A stretch of 62,334 nucleotides of DNA, counting the filler, from Choristocarpus tenellus KU-1152 (lineage: Eukaryota; Protista; Phaeophyceae): NCBI GenBank assembly GCA_964200185.2. It is 7 parts of 7 records of this genome, joined end to end, with 100 filler letters (N's around TTAATTAATTAA, not from the genome) between each part and the next. Parts side by side here need not be neighbours in the genome. Positions count along the whole stretch, not along the records: positions 42,098 to 58,076 come from CAXNAD020000893.1; positions 58,177 to 62,334 come from CAXNAD020015926.1; 5 more parts are not named here. One strand, given 5' to 3'. The notes beneath the pieces were generated by a model. The model had not been told where the DNA came from, searched no databases, and worked only from the letters and a program-made list of their open reading frames with translations. How positions within the stretch are numbered: position 1 is the first letter of the stretch; each line of letters begins with the position of its first letter. Shown here piece by piece: positions 48,318 to 60,841 of the stretch. The translations under genes were made by a program, and so were the position numbers.

Positions 48318-50266
48318 ATGCCGCCTACTCAACGTTCTACCCCCCATGGCCTGTTGGACAGCAGGCTGAATGATTTACTGAATGTATTGTTGGGGAGGAA
48401 CGAAGGTACCTTGGACGCGTCGACCTATTTTGTGTCAGATGTACTGATGTCTGAGGGTGTTGATGATCTTCAAGGTGGGGAGACACCGGTTGAGGTGGTG
48501 TCATCGGTCTCCATCCATTATCCTGAAGGCCTTCTTACCGTGTCTAGTTCAGGATCTTCGATAGATTCTCTCTCTTATTCTTCTTCCATAAGTGCCATTC
48601 CATTGGCGACTAACGAGTGGCGACAGACCCCGTCTAATGAGGTCCTTCCACTTCCTACCGTTGGCACGGAGCCTGCGGTCATCACAAGAATGGATGATAA
48701 AACTATCTCGGCCAAGGGAAATGGTACCACCAACCAAATCAATGATGAAAAGACAGCAAAAAGGACCAAGCATGCATTAGCAGAGCGCAGACGTCGCGCA
48801 TCACTCCCTGCTGAAGAGCGCGTAGCACAGCGCCAGAAGCGCGCAGCGGTGAGTGCTGCCATAATTCAAACCATTGTCTAGTTTTGAACTACTTGGAGGG
48901 TACTACCCCGTCAGTCGTGTTATCGCAAGATATACTGATAGGTGAGAGTCTGTAGTAGTTTTACCCTGAATCACTGGAAGTGTCCGTTCATTTGAGACAT
49001 AGCCCCTCGCCCTAACTCAACATATTCCCCTTGCCTCGTATAAATGCTATCTCCGTTCCCCCACACCTCTCCCGCATTTCCTATATCTTAACCGTTTCGT
49101 TTCTTCAGGCGGAACGTAGGCGGGTGGCAGCGTTATCGGAAGTTGAGCGCGAGGCTCAGCGCAAAAAACATGCTAAATCGGAGCGTGACCGTCGGGCAAG
49201 AATGACGGAAGAGCAGCGCATCCAACACCGGGAGAGGCGTGCCGAAGCCCTCCGGAGGCGGCGTGCAGCTTTGACACCTGAGGAGCGCCGATTAGAGAAG
49301 GAGTGCCACGCCAGAGCAGAACGCCAGCGAAGGGCTTCTCAATCTGTATGCAAGAACCAGGGCCTTGTTAAGGCTGATGCCCAGATGACCCAACCCAACC
49401 CTTGTGCACAGGTGCAAGTGCAAAGCCATGTGAAGACAGAGTCACAGGCTGATGTGGATGCTAATGTGCAGGCTCATCAACAGGAAGCCCTTGAAGCCCA
49501 GATGACTGCAGCACGCTTGGCTTTTGGGGAAATTCAGGGTGCAAATGCTGATGTGATACCAGGGGTTGTGGCCGAGGCAACAGAGATTTGGGAGGCTCAC
49601 GAGCAACACCAACAGACAACCCTTTCAACGAGTCTTGCTGCACAAATTGCTACAGAGGTGGATGGCAGAAGCACATCTGTGACCGCTGAAGCGGATATGA
49701 GTGCAGCAGTGGACCCCTCAGCACCTCAAGTTGTGAATAATACTGCTATCATCACTGCCAATAGCGGATCCACAGACCTTGCAGATGGTCACGCAAGTCT
49801 CCTTCTGGCTGACATCCAAGGGGGTAGAGGAAGGGCAGAGACCTCTGCTGGAGATGTTGCCTTGGCAGGGGGGGTAGGGGACTTCCATACAGAGGAAAGT
49901 GGAGGAGGTGGACTGTACCCTCTTCCACATCTAGAACAGGAGACGAGAGACGCTGAAGGTGCACATGAGGGAAAATCTAGTGATTATTCTCATTCCTCTT
50001 TCATACAGGATGGGGGGACAGGGTATCAGAGGGATGATACCTTTGGCCGTCTTGTAGGACCTATTGCGAGGGTTGAGGAAGAGGCTGCGGAACAAACTGT
50101 AGGGTTTGGTGGTCTTATGGATGGCATGCAACCTATTACGACATCTGGGGAGGGGATGTCATCAGGGGGCATGGATTTTCTGTCAGGAGCGGCAGTTCGT
50201 GAGGGAGTGACTGAAGGTGATGGAGGCGTGTCTGGGAGGGGCTCTCTTGAGATGGCACAAGTGTGA
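48318..50266 (+). CDS. Protein with five tandem 23-aa basic helical (STPR-like) repeats and acidic low-complexity flanks, about 562 aa
   Basis: Exons 48318-48848 and 49109-50266 (GCG|GTGAGT ... TTCTTCAG|GCG). Splicing keeps the 23-aa period exact. Start codon inferred. Confidence 0.82.
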
Positions 50267-52634
50267 TTGGGAGGGTGGTAAGAGGGTAGGATCATGTAAA
50301 TATAATTTCAATTTTGCCCCCCACTGGTGTTGTTGACTGAGGGAATGACAATGCTGTCCGTGGACTGGAATTATCTGCGCAGTGAGCCCCTTTGTGAAAG
50401 CTATATGACCGTATCAAACATAGACTGCATTATATTTATATTTTCCATGATTGGATGAAAATATCATGTTGAGCTTGACCAGATCTCCTTCTGTGCTATG
50501 TTTTTAATGTGTGGAGTGCACCCATGTGTGTACGTATTTATCCTCTCCAGAGCTTAAAAATCAAGTTGGATACAAACTTGACTCATGCTTGCTTTGAGGA
50601 GAGTGAAAAACCCAGCTAATGTGGAGATGTCTCTGATTATGCACAAGATTTGCTCACTTGCTACAATTTGCCATGACTGCATGAATAGTATTCTGTTCTT
50701 GGAAGCCTCTGCTGTGATTAGTATATACTATAGAGGTCTGTTATTGTATCTTGTGTGGTGCATAGATGGACATGCTAAAAGCGCCTCTTCTTCTACAGCA
50801 GCTTGTGTTAGACGGGCATTATTTGCAGCATGCAGGGTAGTTAGTAGAAATATCAGTACTTGTAGCCGTGTTTGCACCAGAGTAAGAAGTCCCCCTCCCC
50901 TCCCTGAACATATCACAATTGTCCGCTGGGTAGCAGGAACATTTTACCAACTATAGACCACATCAAGAAGGATGGGGTGAAGAGAGTGTGCTTGCAAGGG
51001 AAAGCTTGAGATTGACCGCGTAAATAGTGCTGAATCTGTTGCGCCGCTCATGTATCTATTTCCAAGAGGTGTTTATTAATATATATATATATATTTCTGC
51101 ATATCTGATTAATAGGGGTGTTTGACACGATCGACTTCCCACCTAAAGCCAAGTTCCCACTTCCTAGACCTATAACAATAGAGACTCTAACAAGATACTG
51201 CCAAGATTGGAGTTTGCTCTGAAGTACTATGTGGGATACGGCAGGGTGCAGTGTGAAAGGATCCTAGCAAATGGATGTGTCATGAAATATGAAACTTAAA
51301 ATCTGTTATATTTTTTTATATAGTAGAATTCTATTGCTTGTCCTGATGTTTACTCCCCTCGTTGCTGGCATGATCAATATTTGTGAGGAATGGCCTCCTT
51401 GTGTGAAGTATGCATTCAACCAAGGTTGACAGAGCATGGAAAATTGCCTACCACGGGTATTTAGAAGTGCAGAGAGAGAGAGGTAGGGACAACGAAGCTT
51501 GTTTAGATTGATCCGGGACTGCTGCACACTGAGGCATGGTGCAAAAGGTGTCCCGCTCAACTCCTTGCTCTTCCAACTTGGACGAAAACACCATCATTAA
51601 TGCACACTGTGATATTAGACCTGGACAGGGAGAGGTTTGCTAGTTTCCTGCGTATTGTTGGGTCACTCTCCCCAATCGTATCGGAAGTTCTGCAGTTTCA
51701 GGAAATGATCTCTGAGATTTCGAGGACACCTAGGGATGAGGCTCGATTGCTCTCGGAACAGCTCCCTCGAGAAGGCGCCGTTTTTGCTGTGTTGGGTTAG
51801 TACCTTATTTTGCCCACAGATGAGGAGCAGGGGGACAAATGTGAAGGGAATGATGTTGAGAACATATTAGTATGTGCTGACTGTAAACCTGTAGGATGGT
51901 GGGATAATTGGACAAGCAATGACATTGTCAAATGGAGCAAAAGTATGTCTGACTTTTCTTTGTCAATGAGTTTGGCTCCTCGGCATCAACGGCTTGCTGA
52001 AACACCTTTGGGTACTGCAATACTTGCTGGTACAACCACTGCAACTCTCTGGCCTCTGCAAAGTACACCTGGAACCACTTTGAAATAATAATGAATAGCA
52101 TGGGAGGAAGAATCAAGCAGTGCTCTTGGCTATTAAAATCCTCATTCAAAACACTTTTTCCTCCAATATCCACCAGAACTTGGGTTAGAGGGTCAGCAGG
52201 ACACGCAGGGTCAGAATAAGAAAATTCAAGAACCTAATCTCCTGTTATACTTGGCTTTTTTCTCTACTTCCTAGGGGATTTGGAGGTCAAGGGATGGGTG
52301 TACCACGGTGGAACAAAGAGTGATATCTGGGGAGTAAGGCCGAGATTAAAAATAGGTTTAAGGGAGTAGAAAAGGTTGCAGTGCCCATACATCCTTCTCA
52401 ACTCCATAATTGCTCTATGGTTGCCTCGCCACTTAGGTGTGCTTAGAAGAGTAATTTCTTGTTCACAGTCGTCAAGCAACAAGTCATACTGAGTCATCCT
52501 CAATTGCGATACTCACGATTTTGCGTGCTTTTCTCAATGACGGATGAATACGGCCATTTCTGAAAACTGAAAAAAATTGCGTTGGCATATTTTTCAAACC
52601 ATATGCTTCAAAAATAAAATAGATATATACGTAT

Positions 52635-52893
52635 GAGTGAAAGTATCTTAGAGGGTATGGGTTTTGCCCTGTTTGTCCATTTGGGGCTTGGCTTCCCATG
52701 GGGTTTTTGTGATATTTTTCCTGCTCCGAAATGTTTCGGAGTAGGTAATATGTATATGTTATGAAATGGTTTGTCCGGAACAAGGATACTGACGCTTCCT
52801 AACAAATACGACGGATAAAATGACATGGAAATCGCAACATTGGATTTCGGCCCCCGAATGGACGCGGCCCTACCGTCTAAGATACTTTGACTC
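52635..52893 (-). mobile_element. MITE family A copy 5
   Basis: GAGTGAAAGTATCTTAGAGGGTA ... TCTAAGATACTTTGACTC; flanked by TAT/TAT. Confidence 0.92.
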
Positions 52894-53520
52894 TATTTTT
52901 ATGTGTGTGCCTATACCTCATCATACCTGTATGCAAGGCACATACATAAAAACTTTGTGGAGATATGTACAGTAATGTATGGTTCGCATTTTGCAGAATT
53001 GTTCTTTGAGTTCTTGTTGCATTGGCTAAAATGCTGCAGTATGTAAGATGCTCCCTACCTTTCAAACATGGAAATGCCTGTCTTGAGATAAATTATGTAT
53101 AGAGATTTAGTTCCACTCTATAACAGAAAAATAAAATATGGTAGGCAGGCTTATGGTTTCATTAGGCGCACCTTGCTTGGAACCACTTTCCCAGCCATTT
53201 TCCCAGTCAGCCTAGCAACCTTCCTTGCAGCGTAGTGACTGTTCCAGGAGAGGAAAAGATTAGGGGTGACCTCATTTGTTAGGCCACCGAGGTCTCAGGA
53301 TATGCATTTTGTTTCAATTACCTTTCATACAAGGTGACAACAAACACCACATGAAATGCAACATGAAACACATTTTGACCTACCCACCTATCAAGTAGTT
53401 CAAAGTATGAAATATCTGTACCACATGGCCATGCAGTATCACCCCAAGAGCACAATGCATTGGATTGTAGGTGGTCAGTTTCAATTTATTGAGGCCTCCG
53501 GCATGAGAGCATCTTAGAGC

Positions 53521-54893
53521 TTATTCTCCCCGCCCACCCTCTTCCTGCTCTTCACGTGCCCCAAATGTACTTTGTGTCAGATCCTTCTTCTGATTAAGAA
53601 AATCCGATGAATAGAATGATGTATCCCTATGATCTGTGTAGATCTCAATGATGTCCACATAAGATTTTCGCAGCAAATTTGCATCCTCACCTATTCGTGG
53701 TGTAGACCTTCCTTCTCTCTGCCATTACCTGTTCATGCTCTTTGTGTATTGCAAGGGGGGACACTGAGCAGGGCGGTGTTCCCAGGCAAAAACATTTTTT
53801 TTAAAGTACAAAAGTAGGGATGGTATCAGATTCAAGCTGCGTGAATAGGAGTAAGGTAGATATCACACTGTAGGGCACTACCTAAGAGTAATACACCAAT
53901 AGTACAGAACCCCCCTCCCTAATACTCTTTTCTGTTGCAGTTTTAAAGATACAAAGGCGTACCTTCAGCTCCTCTGTTCCTATGTGTACAATTTGGAGCC
54001 CTTGACTTTCTTGACAGTGATAGGATGGCCCTAATCAATTCTCCAGCAAGCAACTAGAACGAAATTGGACACTGTTCTCATCAGCACTTGACATCACCTT
54101 CTCTGTTCTTCTCCACCCACTTGCTCCACAAGATCAAATCCATTACAAACGCCTGGCAGTCATTAAAACTCTTAGCATATCCAAATTTAAAAAATCGGAC
54201 GCACCCACAACCCCCTTTGGAGTGGGAACTCCGAGCACTTTATGCCCGCCTGAGCGCCCAGCTTTCAAGCTGCAGTGACTGTCCTGCTCCTTCAATGTAG
54301 CCTTGCCCTGTATAGAAACACCTAGCTGCTGGAGGTTGTCTCGTGTATGGTTGACATATATACTCGGGTCTGTTGGATCAGGTGCTGGTTCCCTCAAGGT
54401 AGCAGAGTTGAATTTACTGTCTAGTACTTGGCTAGTGTAGTAACCTCGTATTGGGAGTAGTTGCTCTGACGCCAACATTGACCTCTCCCGTTCAGATTGA
54501 TCTAGCCCTGCTTTCATCTTTTCTCTCGTCTTGACCATCACACCTAAGAAAGAGCTGCCAAACTTGCTTGTGATTGGTGGGCTTGCCAGCCCGCCTGGGA
54601 CAAGGCTTTGCCCTTGGCTAAGTGCCCTCATCCGCCGATTGAGAGTCAGGGCTTCTATGGCAGTCAACAATGTATGCTCGGCATTGAGGCAATTGCCATA
54701 TACCTCTAGAGAGAGCAAGTTAGGCAGAACAATGAGCGCTGAGTGTAAAGCTTGCACTCCTGTCTCTCCTATAGAATTGGTACTGAGATCAATTGCCCGC
54801 ACAAAACCTTGGCTGGTTCTACAAACGTTTTCAGCGCAGCCACTCTGTCTGGCCGTGCCTTCACCTGCCTGCATCACAGATTATACAAACAAA

Positions 54894-54934
<41 letters not shown>

Positions 54935-57869
54935 TATGTATGAAGTGGTTAGTGTTGAAGTAATAAAGCTTGGGTATTGAAATGCATATAATACAGACAA
55001 AAGAATTCCAGAGCCACGTTGACTTACTGCTACAGAATTGTACATGTAGCTAGAAGTGAACCTTTCATCCCTTGGAAGTGATGACAAGTCTGCCTTTCTT
55101 CTCCATTTTGTGCTTTGGGGAAAGAGGACAATCAGAGAACAATCAGAGAACAATCTTCAGTACCACTTCATTCTTTCTTAGTCTTTGATCAATACTTCAT
55201 ATGAAATGGTTGAATCTCACTTAGAGCCAGGCCAACCAAGAGGTAGATAGACTTGCATTTTATGGATCTCGATAAAGAGAAAAGAAGACGCCATCTTGTA
55301 CAATTACAGAAAGAGCCTTTGGTTGATTGTGGTGTCGCTTCAGGTGTGCAAAGAGAAAATATCAATCTTCCGGGAAAAATTGTACACAAGAAGCAATGAA
55401 ATAGAGTGATTACATCATGTATGAGCGATGATTTAGAATGCAAAGGGGTACAAACCTGAATTTGTTTGGCTCTGACTGTCCAGTCTTTGCCTTGCCAAAA
55501 AATACCTTTGAAGATTATAGTTCGAAGTATATTTCTAGATTTGTCTCTGTGCGCATCACGCACATATCTGACCCAGCTCATGTTGCAACTGTAATCCTTT
55601 CCATTACAGTCTTACCTGAAGAGCAAGGCTGTTATTACAGGCAAGATCCATCTTCTGACCCTGGTCAGTGAGTCCCTTCGAGATATGAAAGGCCCCTGTG
55701 TCAGTGATGCAGTTGTGGGAGAGATCAAGCTGAGACAGTGACCTACTTTTTGCAATGGTCTTGGCAAGAGCTTCTGCAGCGGTGTCTGTGATCCCTGTGC
55801 AGGCCAGTCCCAGCACCTGGAGGTGGCTATTGCACTGAAGAGCAGAGGCAAGGGCAATGACTCCTGCATCCAGAATTCTGAACAGCAGAAATAGGATATT
55901 CACATCGGCAAAAGCAAAAACTGTACATTTTAAGGGAAATCAATTACATCTGAATTCACAATGCCAACTTGGTATTTCTTAGTTCAGCTATAGCTTTTCA
56001 GTACTACCATAGTGCAGAACACACTCTGGAACACACTCGTTCAAGCACCAAGTACCTGAAAATCCCTGGGAGTTCTACAATTGCAGACATAATCATCGCA
56101 GAATTGTATTGTAGATAAATTAACCACAACTACCATTTTTCAAATACTACACCAAAGACAGAATTTGCCCTAATAGTTCCTAAGATATGAGCTAGGCATG
56201 TACATTCTACCATCCTTTGCTGAATTCATGCTCCATGGTGCCTCACCGTTGGTCAGAGAGATTTAGAGTCACTAGTGGACAAGGGGGATTTCCCAAGCTA
56301 TTGTCCAGGGCCAGGGCCAGAGCAGTTGCACCTGGAGCACGGATGATGTCAACCACACGACTTTGTCCCACTCCATATTCATCCAACCCCACACTTCTGT
56401 TGTTTTATCCCATGTAGCCATGGAATGAATTGGGGTAGAAAATATCATGATTGGGAAGGTTGATGAAAGGTGGACACACAACAAACATCCCAATTCGTCC
56501 AAAAACGACAGTGTGAGAGAATGTATTACAAGGATTTGGTGAACACAAACGCATACTAAAAACCGTGCAACTGGTCAACACAGTACCTACAGAGTTCAAG
56601 GTAAGCACGACAACCTGTGCCATCTTTTTTTCCAATCTTACCGAACCTAGTCATTATTGGTTTGGGCCCGGAGAGGTCCAGCCCTGTAAGGTTGCATATT
56701 CCAGACCGCAACAGGTCAGCAAGGCTGCTGGCGCCTGCATCAGTGATGCGGTTGCCTCCAAGCGACAACATTCTAAGATGCGAATTGAGATAGAGGGACT
56801 GAGCCAATGCTCTGCTTCCCCTGTCGCCAACTAAATTGCTGATCCAGTTGTGATACAGGGCGGGTCTTAGTTGGAAATAGGTTTTTGCTTGATTCGGTTA
56901 GCAGGGAGGTTTAACATTGATTCGAAGTGTTCGAAGCAATGTCCACGGGGTACGAAAAGATGCAGGATACTAAGAATAGAATGACCCACACAACTTTAAA
57001 TCTGTATGTTCAGGAAACACTCTGGTGCAGTGTAGTTCCAGTGCCACGATAAAGGTACTTCGTACACGTTAAGTTTCTCTTACCAACTTCAGCTTTATTT
57101 GGCGGTATATTCAATACAAAACTGCGGAAACATTCGAGAACTAGACATCTACTCCCAGTAGTACCTACTTCCGCACTACTGTTGCACGACCGAGACATTT
57201 CAGATTTTGAACGGCCTCACTTGTTTAGGTTGAGGCTTCGCATAGTGTCATTGGTCTCTAGAGAGCTGGCCAGGACAAACACCCATGCATCATCCAGTCC
57301 CTCTCCCTGAAAGCTGGCTGCCGCAGCTCGGTGGTCATTATCGGCGATTAATGCAACCGCCTCTGAAAGTCGACATACGACTTTCATTTTCTGTCCGTTT
57401 CCGTTGCTCGACTTGGAGATCCGAGAGAGGAGAGGGGTCCCTTGCAGTCTTGGATGGCTCATTTGTTCAATGACCTTAAGTAGGTGGAGATCAGTGGTGA
57501 CCCGTCATCGCAGCAGCACGATAAGTGTTGGTATCCCCACCTACTCAGTAAACTGTTGTTGTCTGCGTTGCTTTAAAGCTTGGAAAATGCCTACCTTCCT
57601 TTCTTCTGGTAAATACATATCCTGACTCAAATTTAACATTTTGCTCACCCCTAAGTTTTGCAGATCCTGCTCGAGACCCTGGTCGATTCCACGTTCCTTG
57701 GTATCCTGGGCCTTTTTCGCCTGTTTTTGCTTGTTCGACTCCCTCGATCTAAGACGCTTGATCGTGTGGCTACGGTTGAGACTAGAAAACGGCCTTCCAT
57801 CGTCCTATCAATGGTGCCGCAAATAGTGAGTAGACAGCGTAATGTAAGACCTAGCCCTACGAGGTCCAT
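53521..57869 (-). CDS. RNI-like (28-aa) leucine-rich-repeat protein
   Basis: Exons encode 'LASSLETNDTMRSLNLNNNLVGDRGSRALAQSLYLNSHLRMLSLGGNRITDAGASSLADLL', 'LQVLGLACTGITDTAAEALA..LSQLDLSHNCITDTGA', 'IDLSTNSIGETGVQAL..LEVYGN'. Terminal exons are tentative. Confidence 0.8.
54896..54933. repeat. (CA)n microsatellite next to an acceptor site of the LRR gene
   Basis: About 16 uninterrupted AC units preceded by (AAAC)n. Confidence 0.95.
55224..55472 (+). mobile_element. Diverged MITE family C copy
   Basis: GAGCCAGGCCAACCAAGAGGTAG ... TTTGTTTGGCTC; shares AAGCAATGAAATAGAGTG with 46651-46917; flanks TTA/TGA. Confidence 0.75.
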
Positions 57870-57969
57870 GCAATAGTAGCGAAGAGTAGACCTCGGTACA
57901 TTGAGTACACCTGCAATAAATCGAGTCAATCAATCAATCAAACCAACCTTACTCAACCAAAAACGAGCA

Positions 57970-58076
57970 GGGCTCAAAGTATCTGGGGGGGGTGGCGGCT
58001 GTCCATTTGAGGGTGATTTTTTCATGTCGCGGTTTTGGGATGATTTGGTTGCATACGTCGGATGATAATGTAAATG
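57970..58076 (+). mobile_element. Terminus of TIR element family B
   Basis: GGGCTCAAAGTATCTGGGGGGGGTGGCGGCTGTCCATTTGAGG..TTTTTTCATGTCG; matches the reverse complement of 9679-9748. Confidence 0.75.
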
Positions 58077-58176
58077 NNNNNNNNNNNNNNNNNNNNNNNN
58101 NNNNNNNNNNNNNNNNNNNNTTAATTAATTAANNNNNNNNNNNNNNNNNNNNNNNNNNNNNNNNNNNNNNNNNNNN
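58077..58176. other. Artificial contig linker
   Basis: 44N-TTAATTAATTAA-44N. Confidence 0.98.
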
Positions 58177-59441
58177 GTTTCGGTGAGAGTTTGCAGCAGG
58201 GGGGCAGTATTCCAGATCTACCTGCTTGCCCCAGTGGTCCAACTTACGTTCGTACATTAGAAAGAGGAGAAAGAAGGGATTGAAACACCATTCATTGTTC
58301 TTAATTCCCACGACTGTATAAAGTGGGGGTGGAAAATATAAGGAACCACAGCGGGAAACAATGCTTATAGGGTGAGAGATTTCGGAGGGCAAAGGTTGAT
58401 AAGACCTCTACAATCCTGACGTCTTGTATTGCGAAAGATGGAGAGTAAGTAGATGGGTCGGGAAGGGTGAGTTCAAGGAATGAACTGCGGGTCAGAACAT
58501 TCTCCCAAGTAATACCATCTGAATGTATTCGAGTTAGAAGACAGACTCACCTACATTGAGGTTTCGGGTCTGGGAAGTCACTGCCCGTCCCACCCTGCCA
58601 CAGCAAGCACATGGTGAAGGCAGCAAATGTTGGGATTTCTCGCATGCCTTACGACAATCAATACAAAGTATTCCCTCACAAGATACCTAATTGCTTACAG
58701 CTATAGGCAGAAAACATTGGATTCACAGAAGAACTCTGCGCAATATCTCCATAATGATTATTCGATTACTGGCCGACCTCGCTATTTATTGTTCACGGTC
58801 TTCATGAATACATGATAGGACGCCACAACTAAGCGGGACATTGACTGGATCATCCTCGCTGGCCATCCACCCTACATATTTTACCACAGAGTACACAAAG
58901 CATAGCACAGATCCATAATTTATAGAATGTCCTACTTGTAACTCTCTTAGTGGGGAACCTGGACAACGAGGCTTCTATCCCTGACATGCCACAACTAGGT
59001 AAACCAATACGTCAGAAAAAGATGTATCTATTCCTTCTCCCTTCATGGTGAGTGTGAATACTGCCGAGACGCACCTGGTGGAAGCTCTTAATACCGTGGA
59101 AAGCATGACACTTGTGGGAGGGCTTTGGTCTGTGGAACTAGAGGGACCAAGAAGATGTCAGTGTGGGACACGACCATGAACCATGCACCCTTCACCATCA
59201 AACCAATGGAACGCGAAAATCTCTGCGCGCGGATCTGAGAAAGTAAACAAACGTATGCGTGTTGTGTTTTTATTAGAGTACTTGTATAAATGTTACTACT
59301 ACTATTACTACTATAATATTATTGGATAGAAAATTGGAGTTTTTGTCAACATTTCAATTTGATTCAGTTCGACTAATCGAATTTTATCTAACCGATTCGA
59401 TCATAGTCATAAATTGTTTCAGTCCACAACACTATATATTT

Positions 59442-59498
59442 TATTATTATCCCCCTTCACATTTTCCAGATGTGTCAGGAGAAAAAACAATGAAAACT
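59442..59498 (+). repeat. Solo diverged arm of the 104-257 fold-back element
   Basis: TATTATTATCCCCCTTCACATTTTCCAGATGTGTCAGGAGAAAAAACAATGAAAACT versus TATTATTATGCCCTCTGACATTTTGCAGATGTGTCAGGGGGAAACCAATGAAAACT. Confidence 0.75.
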
Positions 59499-60841
59499 GT
59501 TCACATGTCAGAAAAATCCCTAAAAACGTAACAGTTGTCACAAATATATACACATCTACATATACATTCATGATTAGACTTTCAGAACGTTACAATTTTT
59601 AGTGAGGAGGTTTACCAATCATTTCGAGATGACCGTAATCATTTTTGTGAGAGTGACAGATTGTCTCGTTCACTAAAATCTCAAAAACGTGTTTAGAAGC
59701 GTTTTCGTCATACCAACGATGTGTACACTCAATCAATAGTAAGGATGGAGGGTTGAAGTCGAATTATTAACAACTCATATACATGTCAACATGAACCCAC
59801 TTACTACATGTATAACCCACAAACCAGTTTCGTTTTCATTGTAAGTGGGTGTCAACACATCATAGGAAGTAATGTTCTCCTGTAATATTGTATCAAATAC
59901 CATATGGAAGGGCTCTCCGTTTTGACCTGTGTTAGAGTTGCACTTGATGCGGATTTCTGGCATCGAAATGCCCAACAGGGTCCACTCTTCACAAGAAACC
60001 TGATCAATGGTGACCACCTCCCACTCTGGTTCGTCTTGTGCGAGGATATCATTTTGTTGAGTGTACACATCGTCATCATCACCTTGTTCTGAATGATACT
60101 GAGATTTAGAAAAACGGTCTACGATTTTCACATACGTTAACACATTGTGTTTACATTTCCTGAGAACTGTTAATAATGCAAGTAACATCAGTTATGTATG
60201 ATTTGGTCTGGAAAAGTAACGTACACTGCACACTGTTATAGATGATTTCAACTGGAATGCTGTACACGCAACTACGTAGTGTTGCATATATTTCCATTGT
60301 CAGTGTTATGGGCGCAAAATAGTGCTGCCTTTTAACGCAACACACGTTGTGTCATGACACAAGAATGTAATGTTGTAACATTAGTTTTGCTGGAACGATT
60401 TAATACGCTGTGTTAACAAAATCAATGAACTAACACAACACCTCATGTTTGGAATATCATATAGGTGAGTGTGGATATGCTATAGGCGATAGTTCTTAAT
60501 GATGGTTTCATAAACACCAATATGAGCTTGAAGTCCTCGAATTTTGTATGTTGTGCTTCTTGGCCGTTTTTCATTATTTAGCCATTACAAGCCCGTCCAT
60601 TGCATTTGCATCAGTTCTTTCTATACCTCAATCAAATCTCAAAGTAATCAAAGTGAGAGATCCAGGATATTTGATCAATAAAAGTAATCAAGAGGTACAC
60701 AGAGTTGTATTTTAAGGATGCCAGGAAAGATGTGCAAAATTTGACTTTTTTTACAAATTCGTGTGCCATTTTTTCTGAATTGTATCCAAAAATTTCAAAC
60801 AATAGAGAAATCAACCCTCTCAAGTCAAACTTAGCACTTCG

